This document shows positions 1 to 11,700 of a stretch of 44,552 nucleotides of DNA, in pieces. The notes below the pieces were generated by a model. The model did no database searches. It saw nothing but the letters and a program-made list of their open reading frames with translations, and was not told the origin of the DNA. The stretch is from Spirogloea muscicola (lineage: Eukaryota), in assembly GCA_009602725.1 (NCBI GenBank), contig WELB01000005.1:437206-481757 (forward strand). The letters are read 5' to 3'. The translations under genes and the position numbers were made by a program. Numbering within the stretch: position 1 is the first letter of the stretch; each line of letters begins with the position of its first letter.

Positions 1-314
1 AGCAGGGTCGCTAGCGCAGGTGTACCGCATGCGCTTGGCCGTCTCGCTGCAGAGGTCTATGGCCCGCGCGCTGCACCTGCGTGCAGGCAGAGCCCTCGCT
101 GCTGCCTCTGGCTCTGGCCAGGGGACCCGCTTCCAGGAACCCAGTCTCTCTGACCTGAGGCTGCTTAGCAGGGGTTACTGAGTGCTTCGTAGCTGCTTCG
201 CTTCTTTCTGTGCTTGTTGTTCTTCGTACTTCCCCTGGCCCCTTCTCGTCCTTTGTACATTCTTTTCTGGGCTGGCTTTTTCCAGCCCCTTATCCTCAAT
301 GGGCGAGCCCTTCT
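1..314 (+). mobile_element. 3' end of CRE-like (RLE) non-LTR retrotransposon: ORF C-terminus, 3' UTR and terminal motif; runs off the window start
   Basis: Encodes AGSLAQVYRMRLAVSLQRSMARALHLRAGRALAAASGSGQGTRFQEPSLSDLRLLSRGY* (stop ~179-181). A pyrimidine-rich UTR follows, then GGGCTGG-CTTTTT-CCAGCCC…GGGCGAGCCCTTCT. Near-identical reverse complement of 1389-1699. Confidence 0.85.
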
Positions 315-319
315 ATCTC

Positions 320-413
320 ACTACAAAACACTGCAGACCACAGAAACGATGCAGAGGGAAGCTCAGTACCCACGAGTGAGCAACATCAGGTCTGAGTAGC
401 TCGCTGCAGGGAA
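320..413 (-). mobile_element. Fragment of a second subfamily (FPAASYSDLMLLTRGY* plus start of 3' UTR)
   Basis: The minus strand reads F-P-A-A-S-Y-S-D-L-M-L-L-T-R-G-Y-stop. Nearly identical to 22548-22643 and 25634-25728. Confidence 0.8.
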
Positions 414-789
414 ATTGGTGGGGCCCCACGTAAAGCGGGGGCGTCACGCGTGTACTGCGCCTCAAGTCCGCCATGCTGCCGGCAAACGTTTCCGAGCCGA
501 CTGATGAGACGAGCTTGCGAGTGGCACCATCTCGTCCGCGTCGCCGGTGGGTCCGCCGACGCACAGCGGCCAGCGAGAGTGAATTTCGACGTCGCGCCAG
601 GGTGGGGCTCAATGTCTCCGCGATGGAGGCAGATCCCGTCCCGCTGCCCAGAACCCACTTCCTCTACCCTTGGCATGATTGTGTCGGTTTGGCTCCCTTT
701 TCATCCTTCGCACTAGCTTCTGTGCAGTTGCTTTTACCTGGGCACTGTGTTGTTGGCTCGACTTGTTCTCCCGCCTATGATTCTCCTGG

Positions 790-950
790 TCGGCACTTGC
801 TGACGAGAGATTATTGAGCGCCCACTTGCAGAGTCGTGGAGTTTTGGAGAAGTAATGTCCTGCTTTTGCACCTACCGGCCCATTAGATCGCGTACGATGC
901 TTCGGGCCGGCCTCTCACAGCCATTGCCTTGCATTGAAGGAGCTGAGGCA
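790..950 (+). mobile_element. Degenerate retrotransposon 3' end
   Basis: HLLTRDY* at ~794-817, then motif variant GGGCCGGCCTCTCACAGCCATTGCCTTGCATTGAAGGAGCTG at 904-945. Confidence 0.6.
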
Positions 951-1243
951 TTATGTCAGGCGCACCATCATACCCGCTCGCCATCTCGCTCATGCGCACC
1001 GTTAAATCGCACCACGCGCCTTGTCCGACGGACGAGCTTGGCGGCCGTGCGCGGCGCGGGCGCCGCCCGCGGCGGGCGTGCCGTGTCGCGGCGTGGCGCT
1101 GCGCCAATTCTTACCTCGCGGAAGCTTTCCAGCCCGTCGTAGTGTTGGCGCCTAAGGCGGCTGGCGGCAACCCTCCTGGGTACAAGTAGGCCCGTGCAAA
1201 ATCCGCCTCACCGCATCTCCCATCTCTCCAGTCCTTTCCTCTG

Positions 1244-1380
1244 CCTTGCCCCAATTGGGAGAGCCACTTCTCTTTCCTCTGGGCTTGTCACTCTTTCATG
1301 GGCTGGTTATTCACAGCCCTGTCTCTGTGGGCTGAAGGTCAGCCCTCGCTCCCTTATAGATGAGCTGCGGCTTTTCACAG
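1244..1380 (+). mobile_element. Cluster of short terminal-motif fragments
   Basis: CCTTGCCCCAATTGGGAGAGCCACTTCT (1244), GGGCTGGTTATTCACAGCCC (1300), GGGCTGAAGGTCAGCCCTCGC (1329) and GGCTTTTCACAG (1369-1380). Confidence 0.65.
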
Positions 1381-2170
1381 AAGAAGGGGGGCTCGCCCAT
1401 TGAGGATAAGGGGCTGGAAAAAGCCAGCCCAGAAAAGAATGAACAAAGGACGAGGAGGGGCCAGGGAAAGTACAAAGAACAACAAGCACAGAAAAGAAAC
1501 GAAGCAGCTACGAAGCACTCAGTAACCCCTGCTAAGCAGCCTCAGGTCAGAGAGACTGGGTTCCTGGAAGCGGGTCCCCTGGCCAGAGCCAGAGGCAGCA
1601 GCGAGGGCTCTGCCTGCACGCAGGTGCAGCGCGCGGGCCATAGACCTCTGCAGCGAGGCGGCCAAGCGCATGCGGTACACCTGCGCTAGCGACCCTGCTG
1701 CATGGGAGTCCACCGGCTCCCCATGGAAGCGGCGGGCAATGGCGTGACGAGAGAGCTGGTTGAGCAGCTCGAGCCACCGAGCGCCCAGCGCCCCGTGCGT
1801 ATCGATGGCGAGCGGGAAGAACTCGTCTTCCCGCGGGTGATCTGCGTATTTTAGCTCCTTGGCCCGAGCTGCGCAGGCTACCGCATACCCAGCTTTGGTG
1901 GCACACTGGGTTGGATGTGAGCGGTCATAGGAGTCGGTGGTCACCACGTCCAGGAGAAGAAGTGGCCCGCCTGCCGGTGGGGTGGCCACAAGGTCCACGC
2001 GACGAGCGTGGAGACCGTCGGCCCGTTGCTGGAGCGGCATGACGGCTTTTCTCTCTGTTGACAGTCACGTATGCCCGGCCCTATGTAGGGCAGCAGCTGG
2101 TGTTTTGGCAGCGTGTGACGTGCGCTTAAGGGATAGGGTCTTCCTGGGGTGGAGGTGCACCGAGGGAGGG
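1381..2170 (-). mobile_element. 5'-truncated CRE-like non-LTR retrotransposon retaining the restriction-like endonuclease domain (ORF 1519-2040)
   Basis: The ORF has RRVDL…LLLDVVTTD…AARAKELKY…FFPLAIDTHGALG, the R(P)D…D…K..KY…F.P...(E/D)..G pattern of RLE domains. A frameshifted upstream segment, LPRC…SARHTL, resembles the end of the Zn-knuckle/RH motif. 3' UTR and terminal motif follow. No RT domain is retained. Confidence 0.85.
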
Positions 2171-2174
2171 CAAA

Positions 2175-2328
2175 GAGAAAGTTTCTTGCCCATAGAAAAA
2201 AGTCAGCCCAATAAGAAGGACAATGGCCAAATCCAAAGAAAAGAGGTGTCGAAAAAGTACCACTACAAAATACACTACAAAACACGAGACGATGCAGAGG
2301 GACGGAAGCTCAGTACCCGCGAGTGAGC
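2175..2328 (-). mobile_element. Retrotransposon 3' UTR fragment, head-to-tail with 1381-2170
   Basis: Minus strand LTRGY* (ctcactcgcgggtactga), then a UTR similar to 22450-22590 with a decayed motif. Confidence 0.7.
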
Positions 2329-2584
2329 CAGCCGGCGCAGGGGCGGCCATGTAATTGGAGAGCGGGGGCGCTGGCAGGCGGGGCCCGCCTGCGTCGGCGG
2401 GGCGGCAGAGAGAGCCGGCCGGGCAGGAGTCGGGCTACCGCAGGGAGGGGCCCGCCCAAAAGGGTCCACTGGGCACCCCCCCTTTAATCGTTCCTTACCG
2501 CCAGCACCTTACGTTGAATGAGCTCTATGATTTGTTTGCCCCCGGGATTGCAAGCCCCCGTTATCGCGACGCAAGCTCCTGCGA

Positions 2585-2710
2585 AAGAAAGTGCACGCCC
2601 ATAGAAAAGAGGAACTGGCAAAGCCAGCCCAAAAAGAATGGACATATGTCCAATGCCACAAAAAATGGTGCCGAAAAATGGGACTACACTACAAAACACG
2701 ACGATACGAA
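2585..2710 (-). mobile_element. Retrotransposon 3' UTR fragment
   Basis: Minus strand GGGCTGGCTTTGCCAGTTCCTCTTTTCTATGGGCGTGCACTTTCT; homologous to 22455-22560. Confidence 0.7.
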
Positions 2711-3029
2711 AAGCCCCACCTCATGCATACGTATCTCATCCTTGCTCACCGACTCAACGGTCAATGATCAGCTAATCATGGCAACGCTGCCGCGCCTGGC
2801 CCGCACGCGCCGTCTGTTGCGAATTCCCGTCGCGGCGCTCGCGGCCAGGCGAGGTGGTCTGCGCGCTCGACGGCGGCTTTCCTGGGCACGCGGCGGGCGC
2901 CTCATCGACTCCGAAGCGCCGGCGAGGGAGGCGAGTATGCTGACCATCCACCGGAGGACTGTGTCTTCCCTCTTGCCATCGACGTCCACACGGCGTTCGT
3001 TGCTCGGTCGCTCGAGCCCCTGCACCGGC

Positions 3030-3375
3030 TAGTGCGCAGCGCTGTCCCGACGCCACCAAGGGGAGCAGCCAATTTCACTGCGGCAGGCTCTCTGGCCTAG
3101 GTGTCTCGCATGCGCCTGTCAGTATCGCTGCAGGGGTGAATGGCACACGCGTTGTATCTGCGTGCCGGTCGCGCTTTGGCTGCAGCCTCTGGCTATAGAC
3201 AGCGGACAGGCTACCCGGGGACTAGTTTCTCTGACCTGCGGCTGCTCAACAGGGGAAGTTGACTTAAGTTTTTGACCTTTCAAGCGGTACTTAATTGTTT
3301 GTTTCAGCTTTTCCGGCCCTTTTGGACGTTGTCAATACTCTTTGGGCTGGCTTTTCACAGCCCTCGCCCCCTAGA
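3030..3375 (+). mobile_element. Decayed retrotransposon 3' end
   Basis: AAGSLA*VSRMRLSVSLQG*MAHALYLRAGRALAAASG…SFSDLRLLNRGS* with in-frame stops; terminal motif at 3344-3372. Confidence 0.75.
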
Positions 3376-3389
3376 CGAGTTTACATTTC

Positions 3390-4270
3390 ATTTGAAAATC
3401 AGGGGCGAGGGCTATGAATAGCCAGTCCACAAAGAGTGAAGAGAAGAGAGGGACTCTTCCAGTAGAGAGGGACTCTGCCAGTAGAGGGCGACGGGTGTGA
3501 TTGGCCAGCCCAGGGAAAGAACGTGCGAATTTTGAGTGAAGCAGAAGAAAGATTCTAAAGTGGTTGGAATGAGCTCTTTCGAAGGGGGCTGGGGCTGTGA
3601 ATCGCCAGCCCAGGAAGGATGGACAAGGTCCAGGAGGCCGAAAAGCGCCAAGTCCACAAAGCTTCCCCGCAGAGGGCGATGGCTGTGAACAAGAGAGGTA
3701 GACTCTTCCATTAGAAAGCAATGGCTGTCATTGGCCAGCCAAGAAAAAGAACGAACAAAGTTCGTTTCAGTGTGAAGAAGTAGGAAGACTCTTCCAGCCG
3801 AGGGTGATGGCTGTGACTGGCCAGCCCAGAAGAATAGATTAACAAAGTCCGAACTGGACAAAAAGCGCTTAAGCACACATGGACTCAAGTGGCCACTGGG
3901 TGCTCAAGTTGTCTTGTTGAGCAGCCGCAGCAGCAGCTGTTAGTGTGGACAAGAGTGAAAGACTTTTCGAGTAGGAAGCGATGTCTGTGATCGGCCAGCC
4001 CAGGAAACAAATGAAATACAATTGAAGGGGCCAGAAAAGCGCTAAAGCACACAGCGACCTAAGTGGCCACTGGACGCTCAGTAACTCCTGTTGTGCAGCC
4101 GCTGGTCGGACAAATTAGTCTCCAAGTAGCGGGTGTCCTCTCTGTAGCCAGAAGCGCAGCCAAAGCACAACCAGCACGCAGATCAAGTGCGTGTGCCTTG
4201 ACCACTGCAGGGATACTGACAGGCGCGTGCGATACATCTGCCTGGGCTAGAGAGCCTGCCTTGTTGAGAT
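3390..4270 (-). mobile_element. Head-to-tail array of about 7 terminal motifs plus a decayed ORF C-terminus
   Basis: Minus-strand motifs at ~3401-3428, 3471-3511, 3571-3611, 3661-3690, 3701-3740, 3787-3827 and 3961-4000. Decayed AHALDLRAGCALAA segment at ~4080-4270. Confidence 0.75.
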
Positions 4271-4624
4271 TTGCCTGCTTATCTTGAGAATATCGGAAAC
4301 AAGGTCCCAAGATCCGGAAAGCTCGGCAGTAGCTGCGTTGGTTTGCCGCGGGCTGTGCCGTCTACCGCGCCACGCCGCTCGCTGGACGGAATGTGCTCGT
4401 GTGCCGGCGGCCCCTTTGCAGCCCTCTGCGCCTCGCTTCCAGCGATGGCCGCTCTCGCTGACGGCCTCCTACGCTGCAATCGACCAGTTGGGAGAGCGTC
4501 GAAACAGTTTTGTTGCCGCCGTCCACAAGGGCAGCAGAGCGAGCAGCCCTGCTCCACCGTCGTTGGGTCGCTCGCTCAGTTACACAGAAGGCACCTCGAC
4601 GTTGTATTTGTTAAGAGGACTTGG

Positions 4625-5130
4625 TGAGGCTCAAATTGGCCTCCCATTAGTCATGCGCACAGCGCGCCTTTCTTCTCTTACCTTAGCCACCTTAGGTTAG
4701 GGCTTCATTTCCTGGTGCCAATGTTTGCACTAGCTTTTGCCTGAACAACGTATTGGCTTGATCAGGCCAACCCTTTCATTTTATGAGCACCGTGCACCTT
4801 CTCTCCTCTGCGTGGGCGAGCAATTTCTTCTGCAACATACCTTGGCGTTTGCCGTGCACTTGCGGGCAGGCCGCGCCTTGGCTGCTGCCTCTGAGGTTAG
4901 TAAGGGCGCCTCTAGTCCCTACTCGATGGTTGGACTGGCCTCTCACAGCCATTGCCTTACATTTGGAAAGCTGTTTCTGATCTGCAAATCCGCTGACCAG
5001 AGGTTACTGAGCGGCATTCGCAGAAGTCCCGGGACGTAATCTTATGTGCAATTCTCGGCCATTCGGTACCTTGTCCAATCCTTTGGAGCCGGCCTCTCAC
5101 ACCTATCGCCTCATTTGAAAGAGCTGTACA
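4625..5130 (+). mobile_element. Decayed retrotransposon 3' fragments
   Basis: LAFAVHLRAGRALAAAS at ~4842-4892; motifs at 4932-4973 and 5085-5125; second terminal-type motif (…catgcgcacagcgcgccttt) at 4628-4672. Confidence 0.7.
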
Positions 5131-8049
5131 ACTTTTCACATGGCCAGATTGGCAAAGTACGGAAGCTTGTGCACCTACAAGTGTAGGCCGCTGCCCATGG
5201 GCCAGGAGGGGCTAGCTCGCGTTGCCATCGTGGTGACGCCTCCCCTCCATGCTTCCCTCCTTCCTTGGTGGCCAATAGCAGCCCAACCATGTGATCCGAC
5301 GCCTGGGGCTGGCCATCCGTTGTGAGTGGCCATTTGAAGAAGTCCTTGATCGTTGCGGCTGACCTTGAATGCGGGCCGTGAATTCAGATCCAACTTGGTG
5401 TGGCGGGCTCTGGATCGCCCAAGTCCCGTTCATGTATCACTCCGGATCTGGATAAGGCCTTGCCAGTCAGGCCTTCAGGCAGACCCCGTTGCTCGGCCAC
5501 GAAGGCTGGTAAGTAAGCCAGGCTGCTCGATAGCTGCAGGTCTTCTTGTATTCCTTTGATTATTGCTCACGTCACAATGCAAGAGCCTTCTAAATGGCTG
5601 CCTAAATCTCCTATGACAAGCCAATTATATCACGGCATAGGACAACATCTGGTCCTTTGGATCAGTTACCTGCGCTGTGCGTGTGACTATGTTCAGTGGG
5701 CTGCTAATTTGGTTGGTAGCTGCTGGAACAAAAGTAGCAAGTTTTCCCCTCATTAGGTGGGGGCTCGGATCACTGAAGACCCGAACTCCTAGAGACCAGA
5801 CTATAGACCAGACTATATGACGACCAGATCAGGTAGTCCCGGTTGGCGAATTTAAGCACTCTCGCCTCCAGCATTGCGCTCACGTCCAATCATCACGACC
5901 TTAAACCCCACATCTTCCTTTGAGGTTGACCACCATCAGGAGTCGCTTTGGAAACAAGCCACAATGACGACTAACACCGACAACAGGGCAAATGTGGCCA
6001 GTATTGCATACATACGACCAAGCCCAAATACAAGGATTTCTACTGGCGCTGAATATCTCTCTTTTCTCTTCATGGTAGCGTGTTGCGACAAAATATGGGT
6101 GACTGACCCAATCATCGCAGGCTGCACGATAAGTTGGCATGGGCGAGAGGGGTAGGCCTGCTGCGATCCTCCCCTCTTACAATGTGCACGTTGTTAGTCA
6201 GTGCCCGCTCCGAAGGCTCGTCTACGTTTTCAAGCTGCGTGCGACCCTCTCTGCGTGCGGCCAGCTGTTGTAGCCCTCAGGCAGATGTCCCACTGCGGCT
6301 TCGTGTGCAGGTGGCATGGCAGTGACTCATCTTACTAGTCCACCAAGCTAAGGTGGACGCCTGATGTGCTGTGCTGCAATTTTAGACAATTACGAAGGCG
6401 CACTCTTGAAGAAATGACTGCTTCTGCTGGACTGCCTGAAGAGTCTGCTCAAAGACTCACACACGACCCATTAAGGTGGACCATAGGTTGTACATGTGGA
6501 CACCACAATTAGTAAGACTCAGCAGCGTAATAAAGGGCTGCTCCTATAAGTCTTCTTTGGGACTTGCGCAAGCAATGCTGAAGAATCATTGATAAACTTG
6601 TGAATCCCTGGAGAAGACACTGTAGGTGGCGGCAAGGGAAGGCCTTATGGTCTATCGACTTCGCTGACGTCTGTAACAGATCTGAGCAACTAGCACTTCG
6701 TAAGCGTAGAAGTCATCGGCGGCAAGCGACTCAAGCTTTGGCTGCATTGTGATGCCCTGACCAGCGCGACTGCAACAATGACGCGCAGGACTGCTTCAGC
6801 ATGCGCTGGCAGTACAAGAACAACGAAAAGAAGCTAATCGGTAGCTCTGACGATTACATTGGCGACCGAGGCTCTAGCAGAATAGATGTGTTGGACTGTC
6901 ATGTGCAGGGCTGCTTTGTGTCACTGGTGCTAAATTTCTACATTGCGCAGCTGACAGGGCAGCACTCAAGTTGGCTCCACTTCGAGCAAGCAAGGCGGCA
7001 CTGGACTTTGAGGCACGTATTCAAGAAAGTTGCTGGCGTGTTAAAAGCTCGTCGCAAAGGTGCTCCAGCAGATAAGACAACGCATACTCGTATATTGTGC
7101 GACTACCCTATTCCTGCTCCTGACCCTTGCAAGCGCTTCAAGGAAGCCACTACACAGTCTTTAGCGGATTCATTGGTGGCATGTGAATGTGCTCTTGGTG
7201 GCAACTGTTGGGCTGGGCTTATCCTTGTAGCTAACAAGAAGGTCCTGCAAGATAAGGAGCTGGCGGAGCCAGCTCTCTGCCAGACAGGAGACTTTCATAC
7301 ATGATCCGGCCAAGTCGTCGAGCACAGTTGCAGGCAGCGAGTGCAAGTGACTATTTGTAAAACCTATCCAAGCCAAATATCCAGCTTGCGTGAACCAAGG
7401 GCATTTTACTTATCAAGTGTATGGAAGTCCAAAGATAGTCGAGCATCATTTGTCCTCATGTTAGAAGGCCCAGAAGGCCCTGCAAGGAAGAGGTCCCTGT
7501 CTACATCAGAACAAGCTGATATGATCTCAGCAAATCATGGCCCACGACGCTCGTCCTGTTTGATACATGACAGCCAGCTACTACGACCTGCTGAGTTCAG
7601 GCTAGTCTCCAGCCACAGGTTGCAGCTGGTCAAGACCGCTGCGTCTCACTTCGTCATGCATCACAAGCTTAGCGTGAATTGGCAGTTGGACATTAAGTCG
7701 TCAGTATGAAATTCCTGGGTCGTCAGAGGTTGCCCCCTTGAGATTACACTCGTGTACCTGTTAGGCCCCCTCGGTAGATGGCCATAAGGCCTATGTGTGG
7801 ATGCTTCGCTGGTGAGCATAGACCTTACACACGGCCTTCAAGCCTGTCTAGGAAGCTCTTGCTGTCCTGCCATTTCACCATTCTCTGGCCAGTCTTAAGT
7901 ACAGCTAGTTGCGGTGAGATATGGACACTGTTATCCCAACCTGATACAGTCCGTCTATGAGACACGTCCTCTCTCGCTCTCGTCTTTCTGACTTGCGGCT
8001 AAGTGGAGGTCACTGAGTGAATATCCTGCATGTTATTAGCTCATCTATG

Positions 8050-8410
8050 AATTTCAGCCCTTTTCGTCCCGGTCGGACTTTGTCTTTTCTGGCTGGCTTT
8101 TGACAGTCCTTGCTCATGACATATGAGGGAGGTCGCATCCATGTGAGATTATAGGATCTTCTCGTTCACACAAGCCAGTAGTGGCACGGAGAGGGCGTAG
8201 TAAGGATAACCTCTATAGATGCGGTAGCTCTGAACAAGAAGCTCGTCCAAGGAGGGGCAATCGCCATGAAAGGCCAACCCAAAATACATGGACATGGTCT
8301 GGGGGAAATCCCCAAGACACTGACAACTCAGCAGGAGTATGTGGCTAGTAGGAGTGATAGCCACTCAGTGACCCCTAGTCCAACAGCCGCAAGGCGAGGC
8401 TCCGGAGGCA
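8050..8410. mobile_element. Two old, converging retrotransposon 3' fragments
   Basis: Plus-strand motif GGCTGGCTTTTGACAGTCC at 8091. Minus-strand motif at 8252-8281 and a decayed C-terminus at ~8365-8410. Confidence 0.5.
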
Positions 8411-8758
8411 GCCATTGTGGCAAATCAAGGCGAAAGGGAGTGTGTATCAAGTGAAGGAGGGCCTGAGTGGCCAAGTGCAAAAGCAAGCTCAGAGGAACGC
8501 GGTAACGGTGCAATCGGCAAATTGACGACATCACGAGCGGCACACCCGCTGTTAAGGCCTGGCAGTCCGTCCACCCAACTGTCATAGAGGTCGCTCGCCC
8601 GCATTCGACGGCGGCAAGTGCGACGGCGGCTGCGGCGGCGGCTGCAGCGACGGCGGAGCCCGGCGCAGACGGCTGGAGCTCCGGCTGTTGCTTCAGAAGC
8701 AAAGGCTTCTGCGAACGGCACGGGCTTTGGGAACACCTTGCCGGCAAGAGGGCCGGCG

Positions 8759-11700
8759 ATGGAGTCGGCGCGCGCGGCGCTCAGCAGCCTGGTGGAGGGC
8801 CTGCAGGCACCCGCGCCGGGCGCCATCCCCGTCGTGGAGGCCCCGCTGCCCGCCTCNGGCGCCGCGATCGCCATCGCCATCGGGCGGCCCGCCGCCAGCG
8901 GCCGCGGCGCCGGGCTCGTCGCTGGGGTCCATCACGCGGGGCCTCCTGGACTCGTCCCGCAGTGCAGTGCGCGCCGTCCAGGCCCGCGCGCGCCACATGG
9001 TCTCCCAGAACAAGCGGCGCTTCCAGGTCGGACGGCCGAGCCCTTCTGCTCGCAGAGTCTGGTAGACAGCATTATGGTAGTGACGATGTCATATTACCAC
9101 TCCATTGGCGCGTTGAGCTGCATGAATCACAATGGGGACCGTTTGCTGCCGTCTGAACTAGCGCAGAATTGCGTTTCCCATGTCTATCTATGGGTGATGA
9201 GGTTGTTGATCCCTCTCGCTGCCGGCTTCCGATGGTGCAGGAGGGCGGCTTTGACTTGGACCTGTCTTACATCACAGAGACCATCATCGCAATGGGGTTC
9301 CCGGCGGGTGACATCAGCTCCGGGATCTTCGGGTACGTGGAGGTCAGTTCTCCCCTTGCTCTTTGGCAGTTGCTAGGGCGACAGCTGCGCAGACATGCAG
9401 GGCGCTCTTGTGCATATGCTCGTGATTAGCTCTAATGCCCGTTTGGTATTCCCAGGCTCGCATACCTGCTGCCTCTCTTAACTGCGAGTCTGTGCTTCAG
9501 GGCTTCTACCGCAACCACATGGAGGAGGTTCTGAGGTTCCTGGAGACACGCCACAAGGTTTGCTTCTCTCCGCACCTACAACGTAGATGCCATAGTTTTG
9601 CTGTTCCGCTGTAACGCTTGGTTTCTGCAGCAGGAGCCTGTCCACTGGTTGCTAAATGCCAGCTGTACAAGCTGGGCATCCACCACAGTGGCTGGCAAAA
9701 AAGCGTGCTGACTTGCTGGAAAGACTAAGTCTTGTCACACCATGGACTTGCTGTCCACATGAGCAGGGTCACTACAAAGTCTACAACCTCTGCTCCGAGC
9801 GCTTATATGATGCTTCCCTCTTTGAGGGCACGGTAAACACCCAGCATTTCTCCCTACATACTTACTAAGCCGGCTGTGTCGGCTACTTGATGCCCTGTCA
9901 TTCTTGTGCTTTGTCAATGAACAGTACAAGCACGTGAAAGAGGGGTTTTTCTGCTGAGAAGGGTCACACTTACTGCAATTCAAAGACAGTTGCAGAATGC
10001 AAAGCAGCTATTAGAATACGCAGCCACTCCCAATGTTCTTCAATACATTTGTTCATGCTATCTGCCTGCCTAGAAGCTTGCCTGACTGAGCTGCAAATAT
10101 CTTCAGGTAGCATCATTCCCGTTCGATGACCACAATTGCCCACCATTGCCCTTGATTCTGTCATTCTGCAAGAGTGCTTATAGTTGGCAGAGAGAAGACA
10201 TGGAGAACATTGTTGTCGTGCACTGCAAAGCAGGCATGGCAAGGACCGGTCTTATGGTCTGCTGCTTGCTGCTATATACCAAGGTGACACAACCATTTGC
10301 TGCTGCCTCGTCATGGTATCATGCAGTGCTGAAAGGAAGTGACTACTCACTTGTCTAACTGCTATCATGGTCACTAGCATGTCATTTTCACGGCTTCCAA
10401 CTCGTAGACTACGCCCTAGTCTTCAGTTTGTCTTGTGCTAGTTTAGCCCTGTGGATGTTATGGATGGAGATGTGTGTGAACATGCAACTGGTCTTAATTG
10501 AGCTTGTCCTGCCTGCAGTTCTTACCAACCGCAGAGGAGGCTATCTCTTTCTACAACAACAAGCGTTGCATAGATGGAAAAGCTCTTGTCTTGCCCAGTC
10601 AACTGGTAAGCAGGTCCCTCATGAAGGCACGTGTTATCTGTGACAAAGTGCTTGGCAACACTAATGCATGATCAATGGCTCCACATGAGTACCAGCCTTT
10701 TGTTACAGAGGGCATCCCAGCCTGTGTTGCAGTGTGATTGTAGCTTTACTTGAACATATCGAGCTTGAAGAGTTCTTGGGTCTTCCTCATTCAGATTACT
10801 TTTCAACACCAACTCTGCTTCTATGTGTCAGCGATATGTGAAGTACTTTGAGAAAGTACTGCGAGATCAAGCGGGAGAGATTACTGCTTTTCGCAAGTAA
10901 GCCCAAGAAGCCAAGGGGTTGCCATCATTTGTGGTCTTTTGTCAAGTCACAACAGTATCAAGACTTCAAGCATGCACTGTCATCAGTCTGTGTTAATGCC
11001 TCAACTTTAGGAAGTTGACCTAAGCGAGACTGTCATGTATGTGCCAGATGTATCTTGAGGGGCATCAGACTCCACAAATGCCCGTATTGGGTGAGGCCAT
11101 CAGTTACCATCTCTGACCATAATGGTAATTACCAGTGCTTGCACACTTTGTTCAGTGATGTTACCAGCATCCTGCCTAGGTTTGGTGCAGATTGTCCTTG
11201 TAGCTGCTGTTTCATGACATGCATGCTCCAGTGAGTGCCATCTGCAAGTCGTAGCACAATCCATAATCAGGTCCAGTGGCCTTGGCCTGAGTCTCAACTT
11301 TATATAAACTGCATTGAAAATTTGAAACGTAGGACCACACTGGCAATGGTAAATTGGTTAATAGCAGCTTCAAGAGGTCTCTTTTGTGAATATATTTTGC
11401 CAGCTGGTTGCCTGATACGAATTTGCAACTGATACAAATTTGCAACAGGTGTCCTCTTCTCCAGTCGGAAGCACGCTAGAACTCGTGATCTTATGGTGAG
11501 AGTCTCCACTGGTTGATTTTATTGGGCAGAGGCTAGGCTGCACGGTGTCAGGACGATACGAGATCCAAGCAAGTCACTGGCATGACGCTTGAGTATGTTG
11601 GAGTTGTGCAGCCAGAGGATATCTGGCACAAGGCCCCTAGGAATGGCGTTGTTGTCTTTGCGCTTCCGGGTGAGAGGTGCGTTGCCGATCTTGAGGGCGA

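Noticed and set aside
352..412. Highly conserved repeated segment first suspected to be an HDV-like ribozyme or ncRNA
   Set aside because: It is the coding C-terminus (SYSDLMLLTRGY*) of the retrotransposon on the minus strand, and the HDV P1/P3/L3 geometry could not be built.
501..540. Hammerhead-like CTGATGA followed by stem GACGAG…CTCGTC
   Set aside because: The required GAAA after stem II is absent (CGCG follows), and no stems I/III are evident.
2540..2565. Twister-like GGGATTGCAAGCCC
   Set aside because: The flanking UAA cleavage-site motif and P1/pseudoknot partners were not found.
3390..4010. CRISPR-like repeat-spacer array
   Set aside because: Eukaryotic context, degenerate repeats, irregular spacing and no cas genes; the repeats are element 3' ends.
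6801..7304. 167-aa ORF
   Set aside because: No recognisable motif or supporting exon structure.
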